From an uncultured virus (IMG/VR IMGVR_UViG_3300017771_000002) (Duplodnaviria; Heunggongvirae; Uroviricota; Caudoviricetes): a stretch of DNA of 64,000 nt. A program made the position numbers and the translations under genes. The first letter of the stretch is position 1. The number at the start of each line of letters is the position of its first letter. Of the stretch, positions 29,219 through 38,094 are shown one piece after another. The DNA is taken from IMG/VR virus record IMGVR_UViG_3300017771_000002. One strand, written 5' to 3'. Under the pieces are notes generated by a model. It saw nothing but the letters and a program-made list of their open reading frames with translations, was not told where the DNA came from and ran no database searches.

Positions 29219-29601
29219 TCATACTCGATCTTAACATTTTTACTCTCGTAAGTCTGTTTCTTCTCTGCCATGTGCCGTTGACCATTTCTCTTGGCAGCAT
29301 AATCATCGAAGTATTTTTGTTTAACTGGATCTTTTCCTCCAGATTTTTCTGCTCGTCTTTGACTCATCTCCGATGAGTAATCAAGCATGTCACCTACAGT
29401 ACCCTTCTTTCCTCCTGTACTGTCCGTAAACTGCCTTTGGCTAAACGGATCAATGTTGGAGTCGATAGAGGCGTTAGGGGCAAAATAGACCCGTTTCCAC
29501 TCGGTCCCAAAACCATCTACATAAATATGCTCTTCATTCATAGATTGAAAAACGTCTTTATGCTCATTTGTATCAGGATGCTTGTAGGTATATAAGGGCA
29601 T
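29215..29601 (-). CDS. FmdB-like small protein (Cys ligands lost)
   Basis: MPLYTYKHP....DVFQSM N-terminus resembles the FmdB zinc-ribbon family. TATAAT 5 nt upstream of the ATG. Confidence 0.6.
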   Translation of the reverse strand: MPLYTYKHPDTNEHKDVFQSMNEEHIYVDGFGTEWKRVYFAPNASIDSNIDPFSQRQFTDSTGGKKGTVGDMLDYSSEMSQRRAEKSGGKDPVKQKYFDDYAAKRNGQRHMAEKKQTYESKNVKIEYD

Positions 29602-29611
29602 ATTTTATTAT

Positions 29612-29642
29612 AAATAAAAACGGGGGCGTTTCCACCCCCGTT
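29612..29642 (-). terminator. Rho-independent terminator after hsp20
   Basis: Minus strand CGGGGGTG-GAAA-CGCCCCCG-TTTTTATTT. Confidence 0.85.
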
Positions 29643-29646
29643 GATT

Positions 29647-29961
29647 TTAATTGACTTTAATTTTAGTTGGTTTTAATCTTCCTTTTTTAGGTAGGTTCAT
29701 AGTCAGTAACCCATTATCCATTTTACAGGTAATAGCTTCCGTCTCGACCTTCTTGAAAAGTTGGACAGAAAAAGCCTTCTTTCCATCTTCAGGTTTTGTC
29801 TCAATCGTAAGCTTATCTTCAGTAGCTTCGATATCGAGATCTTTCTTTGAAAAGCCAGCAAGCTCAACTTTTAACTCGAAAGAGTCCCCTTTGTCTTCAA
29901 TATAGTTTCGGTTTTTAAAACTCTGGTCATTAAATAAGTCGTATAATAATGTATTAATCAT
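29647..29961 (-). CDS. Small heat shock protein (Hsp20/alpha-crystallin)
   Basis: VELAGFSKKDLDI...CKMDNGLLTMNLPK...IKV. Confidence 0.9.
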   Translation of the reverse strand: MINTLLYDLFNDQSFKNRNYIEDKGDSFELKVELAGFSKKDLDIEATEDKLTIETKPEDGKKAFSVQLFKKVETEAITCKMDNGLLTMNLPKKGRLKPTKIKVN

Positions 29962-29972
29962 ACAAACCCTTT

Positions 29973-29989
29973 AACAAGATCTATGCCAG
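29973..29989 (-). promoter_or_regulatory. Possible sigma54 (-24/-12) promoter for hsp20
   Basis: Minus strand CTGGCA-TAGATC-TTGTT. Spacing matches TGGCA-N6-TTGC, with one mismatch in the -12 box. Confidence 0.45.
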
Positions 29990-31054
29990 ATCGAAATCCT
30001 TGGAAATACGGGACAAAATGACATCCACAGTGTTTTTGTAAGTCAACTTGTCTGCCAACTTTTGTCCCCCTGTGTTAACTTGTCCCACTTTCTTCTCAGC
30101 TTGTTCCATCGCCTTGATCACATCATCCTCTTTCCAGTCATAAAAAGTCCCTTGATTAAATGGAGATCCCTTCTTAAAGAAGACGTTATCGTAACAATCC
30201 ACTTCTCCCGAAGGCTCAACCAAGATACAATTATCTTCAGTAGCCCAATCTTTATGAGATGTGGCATTAAGAACAATGCTCCATTTGCCGAGGCAAGTTG
30301 CATTAAAAGCAGGGAGATTCCAGCCTTCTGCTCCAGACAATCCTGTAAGATCAATATCGATTGCATTTAAAAACTCATTAACTTCAGAATTTTTTTCTAA
30401 ATGAGGTAAAAAGTTGATATTAGAATATCTCTGCCCACCTAAAACAGAATTAATAGTCTTATCCATATCCTCCTTTTTGTAGAAGGGATTAGTGACCAAA
30501 CAAGATAGTTGGCACTTTGGATCGTTCCCGTACTTCTTTAACCAAGCTTGAATAATTCTAGCAGTATGCTTTCTATGTTCAAACTTGCCCATCAAGCCAA
30601 AATGGGTAATACCACTCAGGTATTCTTTTTTTGTTTCTTTGAAGTCTTTATCGAAACCCAATGGGCAGAACACGCCACCAAACAAGTCAGAAGCACAGGA
30701 AGAACTAAAGAACGTCTCGTTTTGAGATTCAGAAAGTTTCTTTTCAATGTCTGTCGGTTGGTTGCATTCATAAAAGCTTAACAAATATTGTTTACAATTT
30801 TTTCTGTTCTCAGACCCATTTAAATGCCAAATTTTTAAACTTGGTACATCTTCACTAAGATAGTCATACCTATTATTAATGCTGTTTTCTATTTTCTTCT
30901 TTAAGTCTTCCTCAATGTCGTAAGCTTTAATATCTACTTGACCTGTTGGCCAAATACCAACGTCATGACCCCTATCGAAAAGCTCTCGGATAATGTTAAA
31001 AGAAACATTACCGAGGCTTAACGAGTTGATAGGGGCTTCAACTAAAATCTTCAT
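29981..31054 (-). CDS. Glycosyltransferase, GT-B/GT4-like
   Basis: GKFEHRKH and SGAEGWNLPAFNATCLGK (EGFGLP-type motif). Confidence 0.8.
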   Translation of the reverse strand: MKILVEAPINSLSLGNVSFNIIRELFDRGHDVGIWPTGQVDIKAYDIEEDLKKKIENSINNRYDYLSEDVPSLKIWHLNGSENRKNCKQYLLSFYECNQPTDIEKKLSESQNETFFSSSCASDLFGGVFCPLGFDKDFKETKKEYLSGITHFGLMGKFEHRKHTARIIQAWLKKYGNDPKCQLSCLVTNPFYKKEDMDKTINSVLGGQRYSNINFLPHLEKNSEVNEFLNAIDIDLTGLSGAEGWNLPAFNATCLGKWSIVLNATSHKDWATEDNCILVEPSGEVDCYDNVFFKKGSPFNQGTFYDWKEDDVIKAMEQAEKKVGQVNTGGQKLADKLTYKNTVDVILSRISKDFDLA

Positions 31055-31443
31055 TAAAAGGGAGGCTCATCGTCAGATGCTGGACCAGCAGCAGCAGGAG
31101 CGGGAGATGAATCAGAAGATTGACTATCGTCTTTCTTGCCAGAATTCAAGAATTGAATATTATTCCCTCTGATGAAATATTTCGATTGAGGTTTACCCGT
31201 ATCCTTGTTTTCCCAAGTGTCCATAGCAAGCTCACCAGAAAACACAAACTCACGACCTTTTGTAAGGTATTTAGATGCGATTTCAGATAGCTTATCCCAA
31301 ACCTCAAGATCAATGAAGCATTTGGTTTTGGCGTTGCTTGGAGAGATTCCAACACGGAGGCGAGTTACTGACTTCCCGCCATTAAGTTGACGAGTCTCTG
31401 GATCTTTTACAAGATACCCTACTGATGTAATGCTGTTATACAT
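31054..31443 (-). CDS. ssb: Single-stranded DNA-binding protein
   Basis: VGYLVKDPE..W...YLTKG OB fold with acidic DDEPPF tail. Confidence 0.92.
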   Translation of the reverse strand: MYNSITSVGYLVKDPETRQLNGGKSVTRLRVGISPSNAKTKCFIDLEVWDKLSEIASKYLTKGREFVFSGELAMDTWENKDTGKPQSKYFIRGNNIQFLNSGKKDDSQSSDSSPAPAAAGPASDDEPPF

Positions 31444-32005
31444 AATTTTCTGATTGCTTTTTGAATTTCAACAAACACCGATTGTGAATGTTGATTACGC
31501 CTTGAATGCTCATATCGAGTGATTTCGCTATCTTCCTCCAAGGTGTAAGCTTATTAGACACGCCATTATAGCGCATGTCAATGATTTTTTCCATTCTTCT
31601 GTCTTTTTCTTTTTGCAGAAAGGATTTAAACAAAGAAAAGACCTCATAATTTTCATGCACTTGTAGATCACCTTCCGACTGAGGCTGTTTCAAAATATCT
31701 TCTAGAGAGCATTTTTGAAACTTCTTATTTCTGGTCAAGGTGTTCAAACACTTCCATTTCGCCTCATTAGCTAGATATGTTGCAAATTTAGCACCCCTTG
31801 ATGAGTCGTACTTCATTACCGAGTTGTATATTGTAAACTCTTTATCCTCAAGAAGAGAGTCTCTTTCGGCGGTATTCCTACTCCCCGACAAAAACCTATC
31901 TACCATATCGTGGTAAATCCCTGAATGCCTTTCGATTATTTCGACCAGACTGTTGCTGTCCTGATCTTCTTTAACCCTATCTATTAATTCTTGATCTGTT
32001 TCCAT
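31436..32005 (-). CDS. Phage sigma70-like factor
   Basis: YDSSRGAKFATYL (region 2) and IIDMRY...TPWRKIAKSLDMSIQGV (region 4 HTH). Confidence 0.85.
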   Translation of the reverse strand: METDQELIDRVKEDQDSNSLVEIIERHSGIYHDMVDRFLSGSRNTAERDSLLEDKEFTIYNSVMKYDSSRGAKFATYLANEAKWKCLNTLTRNKKFQKCSLEDILKQPQSEGDLQVHENYEVFSLFKSFLQKEKDRRMEKIIDMRYNGVSNKLTPWRKIAKSLDMSIQGVINIHNRCLLKFKKQSENYV

Positions 32006-32021
32006 CTTTAAAAAAATGCCC

Positions 32022-32066
32022 TATACAATATATAATAATATAATATAATATATAATAATATTATAC
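32022..32066. repeat. A/T-only TATAA/TAATA tandem repeat tract in a divergent intergenic region
   Basis: ...AATATATAATAATATAATATAATATATAATAATATTATAC... Confidence 0.7.
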
Positions 32067-32150
32067 GTTCTACTTTACTTATTCGTCATCTAAACCAGAA
32101 GCCTTTCTTTAAAGATCACGAATCCTCGCGGAAACAGATCGTATAACGAT

Positions 32151-32178
32151 ATTATACAGGTATCTGAAATCGTGTCAA
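32151..32178 (-). promoter_or_regulatory. Consensus sigma70 promoter driving the sigma-ssb-GT operon
   Basis: Minus strand TTGACA-N16-TATAAT. Confidence 0.75.
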
Positions 32179-32247
32179 CAAAAAAAAATCAAAAAATTTT
32201 AACTCGACAAGAGGCGAATATCAGTTAATAGTGTAACTAACGCTAAC

Positions 32248-33219
32248 ATGATTTTCGAAGAACAAATATCGCGGAAGCCTGACCATTATCCTTGGGCAGG
32301 AGAGTTTATTGAAGCAATGCACAATGGGTTTTGGACTGATAAAGAATTCAGTTTTACCTCTGATTTGCAAGACTTTAATGTGGTATTAAGTGATCAGGAA
32401 AAAGAGATTATTGTTAGGACTCTTTCAGCTATTGGGCAGATCGAAGTCGCTGTTAAGAAATTCTGGAGCAAGTTGGGTGATAACCTTCCTCATCCTTCTT
32501 TTAGTGATCTTGGATTCGTTATGGCTAATGTTGAAGTTATTCACAATAACGCTTATGAGCGACTTTTGGAAGTTCTTGGACTGGAAGAAGTTTTTGAAGA
32601 GAATCTTAAACTTGACTTCATTGAGGGCCGAGTAAACTACCTTCGGAAGTACACCCATAAATTCTACAAGAATAGTAAGAAGCAGTATGTTTACGCTTTA
32701 ATCCTATTCACCCTTTTTGTAGAGAATGTATCACTGTTTTCTCAATTCTACATCATTAACCACTTTGCTCGCTTTAAGAATGTTCTTAAGGATACCGATC
32801 AACAGGTTAAGTATACTCGTAATGAGGAGAACGTTCATGCTTTAGTTGGAATGAAAATTATCAACACCATCCGTGAAGAGCATCCTGAGCTTTTTGACGG
32901 GGAGTTGGAAGAGCGTATTCTTGACGAAGCTCAACAAGCTTTTAAAGCTGAGAGCAAAATGATCGATTGGATGGTTAACGGCATTCAAGAGAAGGGTCTT
33001 AACGCCCCGATCCTAAAAGAATTCATTAAAAATAGGATCAATGATTCTTTACAAAAAATTGGCTTTAAGCAAGCTTTCGATGTTGACAAAAATCTACTGA
33101 AAGATACAATCTGGTTTGAAGAGGAGTTGCTTGGCAATAATGCCACCGACTTCTTTTATTCTCGACCAGTCGAGTATTCAAAAAATTCACAGACGTTCAA
33201 CGTAGACGACTTGTTCTAA
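32248..33219 (+). CDS. nrdB: Ribonucleotide reductase small subunit, class Id-like
   Basis: QIEVAVKKFW, EVIHNNAY, ENVSLFSQF, EENVH and C-terminal DFFYSRPVEY...DDLF. Confidence 0.92.
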   Translation: MIFEEQISRKPDHYPWAGEFIEAMHNGFWTDKEFSFTSDLQDFNVVLSDQEKEIIVRTLSAIGQIEVAVKKFWSKLGDNLPHPSFSDLGFVMANVEVIHNNAYERLLEVLGLEEVFEENLKLDFIEGRVNYLRKYTHKFYKNSKKQYVYALILFTLFVENVSLFSQFYIINHFARFKNVLKDTDQQVKYTRNEENVHALVGMKIINTIREEHPELFDGELEERILDEAQQAFKAESKMIDWMVNGIQEKGLNAPILKEFIKNRINDSLQKIGFKQAFDVDKNLLKDTIWFEEELLGNNATDFFYSRPVEYSKNSQTFNVDDLF

Positions 33220-34866
33220 ATGACTAATTACTATTGGCTAAATGATGACTCAAGATTATTTCTTGAAAGGGGCTATCTAAAAAAAGGTGAGACTCCAGAG
33301 CGGAGAATCCGTGATATTGCAGAGACCGCCGAAGTGTATCTCGGTATAAACGGGTTCGCTGACAAGTTTGAGGGATATATGAAGCAGGGATTTTATTCCT
33401 TAGCTTCCCCTGTTTGGTCTAATTTTGGTCGTGATCGAGGTTTACCCATATCTTGTAATGGAGTTTATGTTCCTGACAGGATGGATGGCATTTTAGCTAA
33501 ACAGTCTGAGGTCGGCATGCAGACTAAGCATGGGTCAGGTACTTCTGCTTACTTTGGTGATCTTCGCGAGCGTGGCGCATCAATTAATTCTGGTGGTGAA
33601 TCATCTGGGGCGGTCCATTTTATGGAACTGTTTGACAAGGTTGCTGCTGTTGTTTCTCAGGGGAATGTTCGTCGTGGTTCCTTCGCTGCTTATCTCCCTA
33701 TTGAGCATCCTGATGTAAAAGAGTTTCTTCGCATCAAGAGTGAAGGTAATGCAATTCAAGACATGTCTTTCGCTGTAACCATTACAGATGAATGGATGAA
33801 ATCAATGATTGGGGGTGACTCTGACAAGCGTCAGATTTGGGCTTTAATCATCAAGAAGAGATTTGAAACTGGTTATCCATACTTATTCTTCCAAGATACA
33901 GCCAACAATAACGCACCAGAATGTTATCAAGACAAAGACATGAAGATATACGCTTCTAATCTTTGTAATGAGATCAGCTTACCATCTAAAGAAGATGAGT
34001 CTTTTGTTTGTTGTTTATCCTCTTTGAATCTAGTGAGATGGGATGACATTGTAAAGACTGACGCTGTTGAGACGTTAGTTGCATTTCTTGATGCAGTGAT
34101 GGAGGAGTATATCCTAAAAACAAAGCGTATCCCTTTCATGGAATCTTCCCATAACTTTGCCAAGCGCCACAGAGCTTTGGGCATGGGAGTTCTTGGTTGG
34201 CACTCTTACCTACAAAGCAAAATGATTGGGTTTGAAAGCATGGAGGCTAAAATGCAGAATAGTTCTATTTGGAAGACCATCCGTAATCGTGCAGATGAAG
34301 CGACAGCAGAATTGTCGCGAGGTTTAGGGGAACCTATGTATTGTGAGGGGTATGGTCGTCGAAATACTACCACCCTAGCTATCGCTCCAACTACAAGTAG
34401 TTCTTTTATCTTGGGTCAGGTTTCTCCATCTATCGAGCCTCTCAATGGTAATTATTTCACTAAAAATCTTGCCAAAGGAAAATTCACCTTCAAAAATCCT
34501 TACCTCAAAAAACTCCTATCTGAAAAGGGTCAGGATAATCAAGAGACTTGGATGAGCATCCTTGAAACTGGCGGCTCTGTCCAACACTTACTCTTCCTTT
34601 CGGACGAAGAGAAAGACATCTTCAAGACCTTCGGAGAAATCAGCCAAAAAGAAATCGTTATTCAAGCGGCTCAAAGACAAAAGTATATTGACCAAGGGCA
34701 ATCTCTGAATATCATGGTGGCTCCAAAAATCCCAGCAAAAGAAGTTAGTGAGCTAATGATTTATGGCTGGGAAAGCGGATTGAAGGGGTTTTACTACCAA
34801 AGAAGCGCTAATCCTAGTCAAGAATTAGCAAGATCCATGATGGAATGTAAATCTTGTGAAGGTTGA
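33220..34866 (+). CDS. nrdA: Ribonucleotide reductase large subunit (short, no ATP cone)
   Basis: LPISC, SNLCNEI, VCCLSSLN, APTTSSS, YY and C-terminal CKSCEG. Confidence 0.95.
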   Translation: MTNYYWLNDDSRLFLERGYLKKGETPERRIRDIAETAEVYLGINGFADKFEGYMKQGFYSLASPVWSNFGRDRGLPISCNGVYVPDRMDGILAKQSEVGMQTKHGSGTSAYFGDLRERGASINSGGESSGAVHFMELFDKVAAVVSQGNVRRGSFAAYLPIEHPDVKEFLRIKSEGNAIQDMSFAVTITDEWMKSMIGGDSDKRQIWALIIKKRFETGYPYLFFQDTANNNAPECYQDKDMKIYASNLCNEISLPSKEDESFVCCLSSLNLVRWDDIVKTDAVETLVAFLDAVMEEYILKTKRIPFMESSHNFAKRHRALGMGVLGWHSYLQSKMIGFESMEAKMQNSSIWKTIRNRADEATAELSRGLGEPMYCEGYGRRNTTTLAIAPTTSSSFILGQVSPSIEPLNGNYFTKNLAKGKFTFKNPYLKKLLSEKGQDNQETWMSILETGGSVQHLLFLSDEEKDIFKTFGEISQKEIVIQAAQRQKYIDQGQSLNIMVAPKIPAKEVSELMIYGWESGLKGFYYQRSANPSQELARSMMECKSCEG

Positions 34867-34904
34867 TTTCATTTATATCTAAAATAAGTGTAAAGGAAAA
34901 TACA

Positions 34905-35879
34905 ATGGAGTTGGACTTTTCTAAGAAAATTAAAGAGCTTTTAGCGTTAAGTGAAGCCGCAAAACGTGGTGGACCCAAGAGTGGCGCTCAAACACCAGCT
35001 AAACCTTCCGAAAAGAAGAAAGGATCTAGTAAGAATAAGTCTGGCTCTGCGGGTGAAAAAGGTGGATCTATTACTTTTTCAGAAAAAGTCGTCACAGCTT
35101 TAAAAAATAAAGTTAAAGAGCATAACGATAAACATTCTAAAAAAGTGACTTTAGGTCAACTCAAGAAGATTTATCGTCGTGGCGCTGGCGCTTTCTCCTC
35201 CAGCCACCGCCCCGGAAAGACTAGAGGTCAATGGGCAATGGCCCGTGTAAATACATTCCTTAAAATGGTCAGGGGAGGTAAGGTGAAAAAGTCTTACCGT
35301 GCTGCTGATCAAGACGTAGCAAAAGGTTCTGAGGAGTATTACCTTGAGCAAGAGGGGGAGGCTTTTATTGACTTCCAAGATATTGAGTTTGATATTGCTC
35401 ACCTTGATCTAGTTATGGCTGGGGCTAATGAGTGGGAGCAAGATGATTCAACAGAAGATCTTGAATACACAGAAGCGGAAAAGAAAACTTTAAACAAGCC
35501 TTTCCGACTAAAAGACGGGAAAAAGAAATATGGGGTTTATGTCAAAAACCCAAAGACTGGTAACGTGATTATGGTCAAGTTTGGTGATCCCAACATGGAA
35601 ATCAAACGTGATGACCCAGCTCGTCGTCGCAGCTTTAGAGCTAGACATAAATGCGATACCGCTAAAGATAAAACGACTCCTCGTTATTGGAGTTGCAGGT
35701 TTTGGTCGAAAAAGCCTGTCAGCCAGATGGTTTCTAATGAAGTCCTAGCTTGGGATGAAGAAGAAGTTTATAGTGAGTGGGTTTGGGATGATGAAGGTTT
35801 TGCTGATCATCAAGATTTATTAAACGCTTTCCCTTTCTTAGAAAGCGTACGAGAAATTGTTGAAGAAGAAGAGGTTTAG
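34905..35879 (+). CDS. Multi-domain basic protein with acidic linkers, possibly virion-internal
   Basis: Domains IYRRGAGAF..SHRPG....WAMARV and KFGDPNM...RRRSFRARHKC...YWSC..W. Start ATG 34905, 11 nt after GTGTAA. Confidence 0.65.
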   Translation: MELDFSKKIKELLALSEAAKRGGPKSGAQTPAKPSEKKKGSSKNKSGSAGEKGGSITFSEKVVTALKNKVKEHNDKHSKKVTLGQLKKIYRRGAGAFSSSHRPGKTRGQWAMARVNTFLKMVRGGKVKKSYRAADQDVAKGSEEYYLEQEGEAFIDFQDIEFDIAHLDLVMAGANEWEQDDSTEDLEYTEAEKKTLNKPFRLKDGKKKYGVYVKNPKTGNVIMVKFGDPNMEIKRDDPARRRSFRARHKCDTAKDKTTPRYWSCRFWSKKPVSQMVSNEVLAWDEEEVYSEWVWDDEGFADHQDLLNAFPFLESVREIVEEEEV

Positions 35880-35897
35880 GCTATAATCATGCATTGC

Positions 35898-36608
35898 ATG
35901 AAGCCTAGAGTATCTATAATAACTTCTATTTACAAAGCTTCTGATTTTCTGTATGATTTCCTGATTGATGCAAAACGTCAATTTATTTTTCCAGAATCAG
36001 AAGTTTTACTTCTAGATGCTAATCCTGAAGGTTATGAGCAGGACTATGAAATTATAAAACCATTTTTAAATCTGCACCCATTTAAATACTCAAAGATTGG
36101 AGAGTGTAATGTTTACGAAGCTTGGAATAAAGGTATCGAATTGTCCTCAAGCGATATTATCTGTAATTGGAATGTAGATGACAGAAGAGAGGTAATTTCA
36201 CTAAAGAAGCAAGTTCACTTTTTAGAAAATAATCCAGATTCTGATGTTTGCTATGGTATTGTTAATGTTAGTTCAGAACCTAACGAGGTTTTTGAATATT
36301 CAAACAGCACTAAAATATGGCCTTGTTTAGATGGCTCTATAGAGAGCCAAATGTTAAATAATTCCCCTCATTGTTTTCCTGTATGGAGAAAATCTATACA
36401 CGACAGGTTTGGCCTCTTCGACACTTCTTATTTTTCAAGTGCTGACTATGATATGTGGTTCAGAGTTTTAATTGGAGGGGGAAAGCTAAGCAAAATGGAC
36501 GATATTATCGGTTTATATTATGAAAACCCAAATTCAATTTCTAGAAAAAAAGAAACACTCGAAAAGGCTGTTAACGAAGTCATGGAGATAAGACGAAAAT
36601 ATTCATGA
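35898..36608 (+). CDS. Glycosyltransferase family 2
   Basis: VSIITSIY, YEAWNKGI, NVDD, FD..Y...ADYDMWFR. TTGAAG-N16-TATAAT promoter upstream; second ATG chosen as start. Confidence 0.85.
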   Translation: MKPRVSIITSIYKASDFLYDFLIDAKRQFIFPESEVLLLDANPEGYEQDYEIIKPFLNLHPFKYSKIGECNVYEAWNKGIELSSSDIICNWNVDDRREVISLKKQVHFLENNPDSDVCYGIVNVSSEPNEVFEYSNSTKIWPCLDGSIESQMLNNSPHCFPVWRKSIHDRFGLFDTSYFSSADYDMWFRVLIGGGKLSKMDDIIGLYYENPNSISRKKETLEKAVNEVMEIRRKYS

Positions 36609-37264
36609 AAAAAATAATTTCTTATTCACTTTGGGGCGATGATCCTAAATATTGCGTTGGAGCTGTTAAAAATGCAGAACTCAGGAAGCGTTTCTATCCA
36701 GATTGGATATCTAGATTTTATGTTCATAAAAACGTTGATAAAGCGTATGTAGACCAATTAAAATCTGTAGAAGGCACAGAGGTTATCATAAAAACTAATA
36801 AAGCTGACTGGACTGGAATGTTTTGGAGGTTTGAAGCTATTTCCGATAACAATGTTTCTATAATGATTTGCAGGGATACAGATAGCAGACTATCTCTCAG
36901 GGAAGCTTCAGCAGTAAAAGAGTTTGAAGAAAGTGGGATGGTTTTTCATATTATGAGAGACCACCCTTATCATAATGCATTTGTTCTTGGGGGGATGTTT
37001 GGCATCAAAAAAGGTTTGATAGATGATATGAAAGATTTATGTGATGATTTCTCTCAAACAGATAATTACGGCACAGATTATAAATTTTTTGATTCAATCA
37101 AAAATAGGATACCTCCATTCCTAACAATGGTTCACGATGAGTTCAGAGGTGGTCTAAATTTCCCCACAGAAAGAGTAGGGCTAGAATTTGTCGGTGAGGT
37201 TTATGATGAAAATAATAACTATACAGAAGAGCATAAAACACCTCTAATGGACTCTCTAAAATGA
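36605..37264 (+). CDS. Putative glycosyltransferase (GT-A-like)
   Basis: KIISYSLWG, MFWRF, RDTDSR (DxD), IMRDHPYH. Lies within the glycan cluster. Confidence 0.55.
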   Translation: MKKIISYSLWGDDPKYCVGAVKNAELRKRFYPDWISRFYVHKNVDKAYVDQLKSVEGTEVIIKTNKADWTGMFWRFEAISDNNVSIMICRDTDSRLSLREASAVKEFEESGMVFHIMRDHPYHNAFVLGGMFGIKKGLIDDMKDLCDDFSQTDNYGTDYKFFDSIKNRIPPFLTMVHDEFRGGLNFPTERVGLEFVGEVYDENNNYTEEHKTPLMDSLK

Positions 37265-38094
37265 ATAATATACTCATCACAGGGTCTTCTGGTTATATAG
37301 GCTCCCACCTTTTGAAGAAAATAAACAATCGTTTTTTAACTGATGTTTGCGGCTTAGATAAAGAAAACCCTGATAAGGTTTATCCCGATAAATTTTATTA
37401 TGGAGACATTAGGAATGATAAGTATGTAAAATACAAAGAACGCTTTGAATGTGTTATTCATTTGGCGGCTGAAATGAGAGTCGGCGAGTCGGTAAAAAAT
37501 CCTATATTATATTACGAGACTAATGTTTTGGGAACTTTAAATGTTTTAAAAAACATCAAAACCAAACATTTTATTTTCGCATCAACTGGAGCGGTAGAAG
37601 ATTTAGGTTCTCCATATGGCCTTTCTAAAAAAGCGGCAGAAGAAATAGTTATTCAATACTGCACCGAAAACAATATTGATTATACAATATTTAGATTTTA
37701 CAATGTGATTGGTTCGGATGGCATTTCTATTAAAAATCCTGATGGATTATTTTACAATCTTCTAAAATCAAAAGACACAGGAGTATTTACAATCTTTGGG
37801 AACGACTACGATACTGAAGATGGAACCTGCATGAGAGATTATGTTCATGTGAACGAAATCTGTGAATCGATAATTTCTGCTGTAGAAAAACCAGCTAATC
37901 AAATTGAAAATTTAGGGCATGGAAGAGGAACCTCTGTGCTGGAGATGTTTAACATTTTTAGGAAAACGAACAATCTTAATGTATCTTTGCAGTATGGCCC
38001 TCGCAGAAAAGGCGACACTCCAATAAGTGTCTTGAAAAACAAAAGCTCATACATTAAAGATATTTATTCTATAGAAGATTTATTGACGTTATGA
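37261..38094 (+). CDS. galE: UDP-glucose 4-epimerase-like NAD-dependent epimerase
   Basis: ITGSSGYIG, HLAA...VGES, YGLSK, RFYNV and RDYVHV. Confidence 0.85.
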   Translation: MNNILITGSSGYIGSHLLKKINNRFLTDVCGLDKENPDKVYPDKFYYGDIRNDKYVKYKERFECVIHLAAEMRVGESVKNPILYYETNVLGTLNVLKNIKTKHFIFASTGAVEDLGSPYGLSKKAAEEIVIQYCTENNIDYTIFRFYNVIGSDGISIKNPDGLFYNLLKSKDTGVFTIFGNDYDTEDGTCMRDYVHVNEICESIISAVEKPANQIENLGHGRGTSVLEMFNIFRKTNNLNVSLQYGPRRKGDTPISVLKNKSSYIKDIYSIEDLLTL

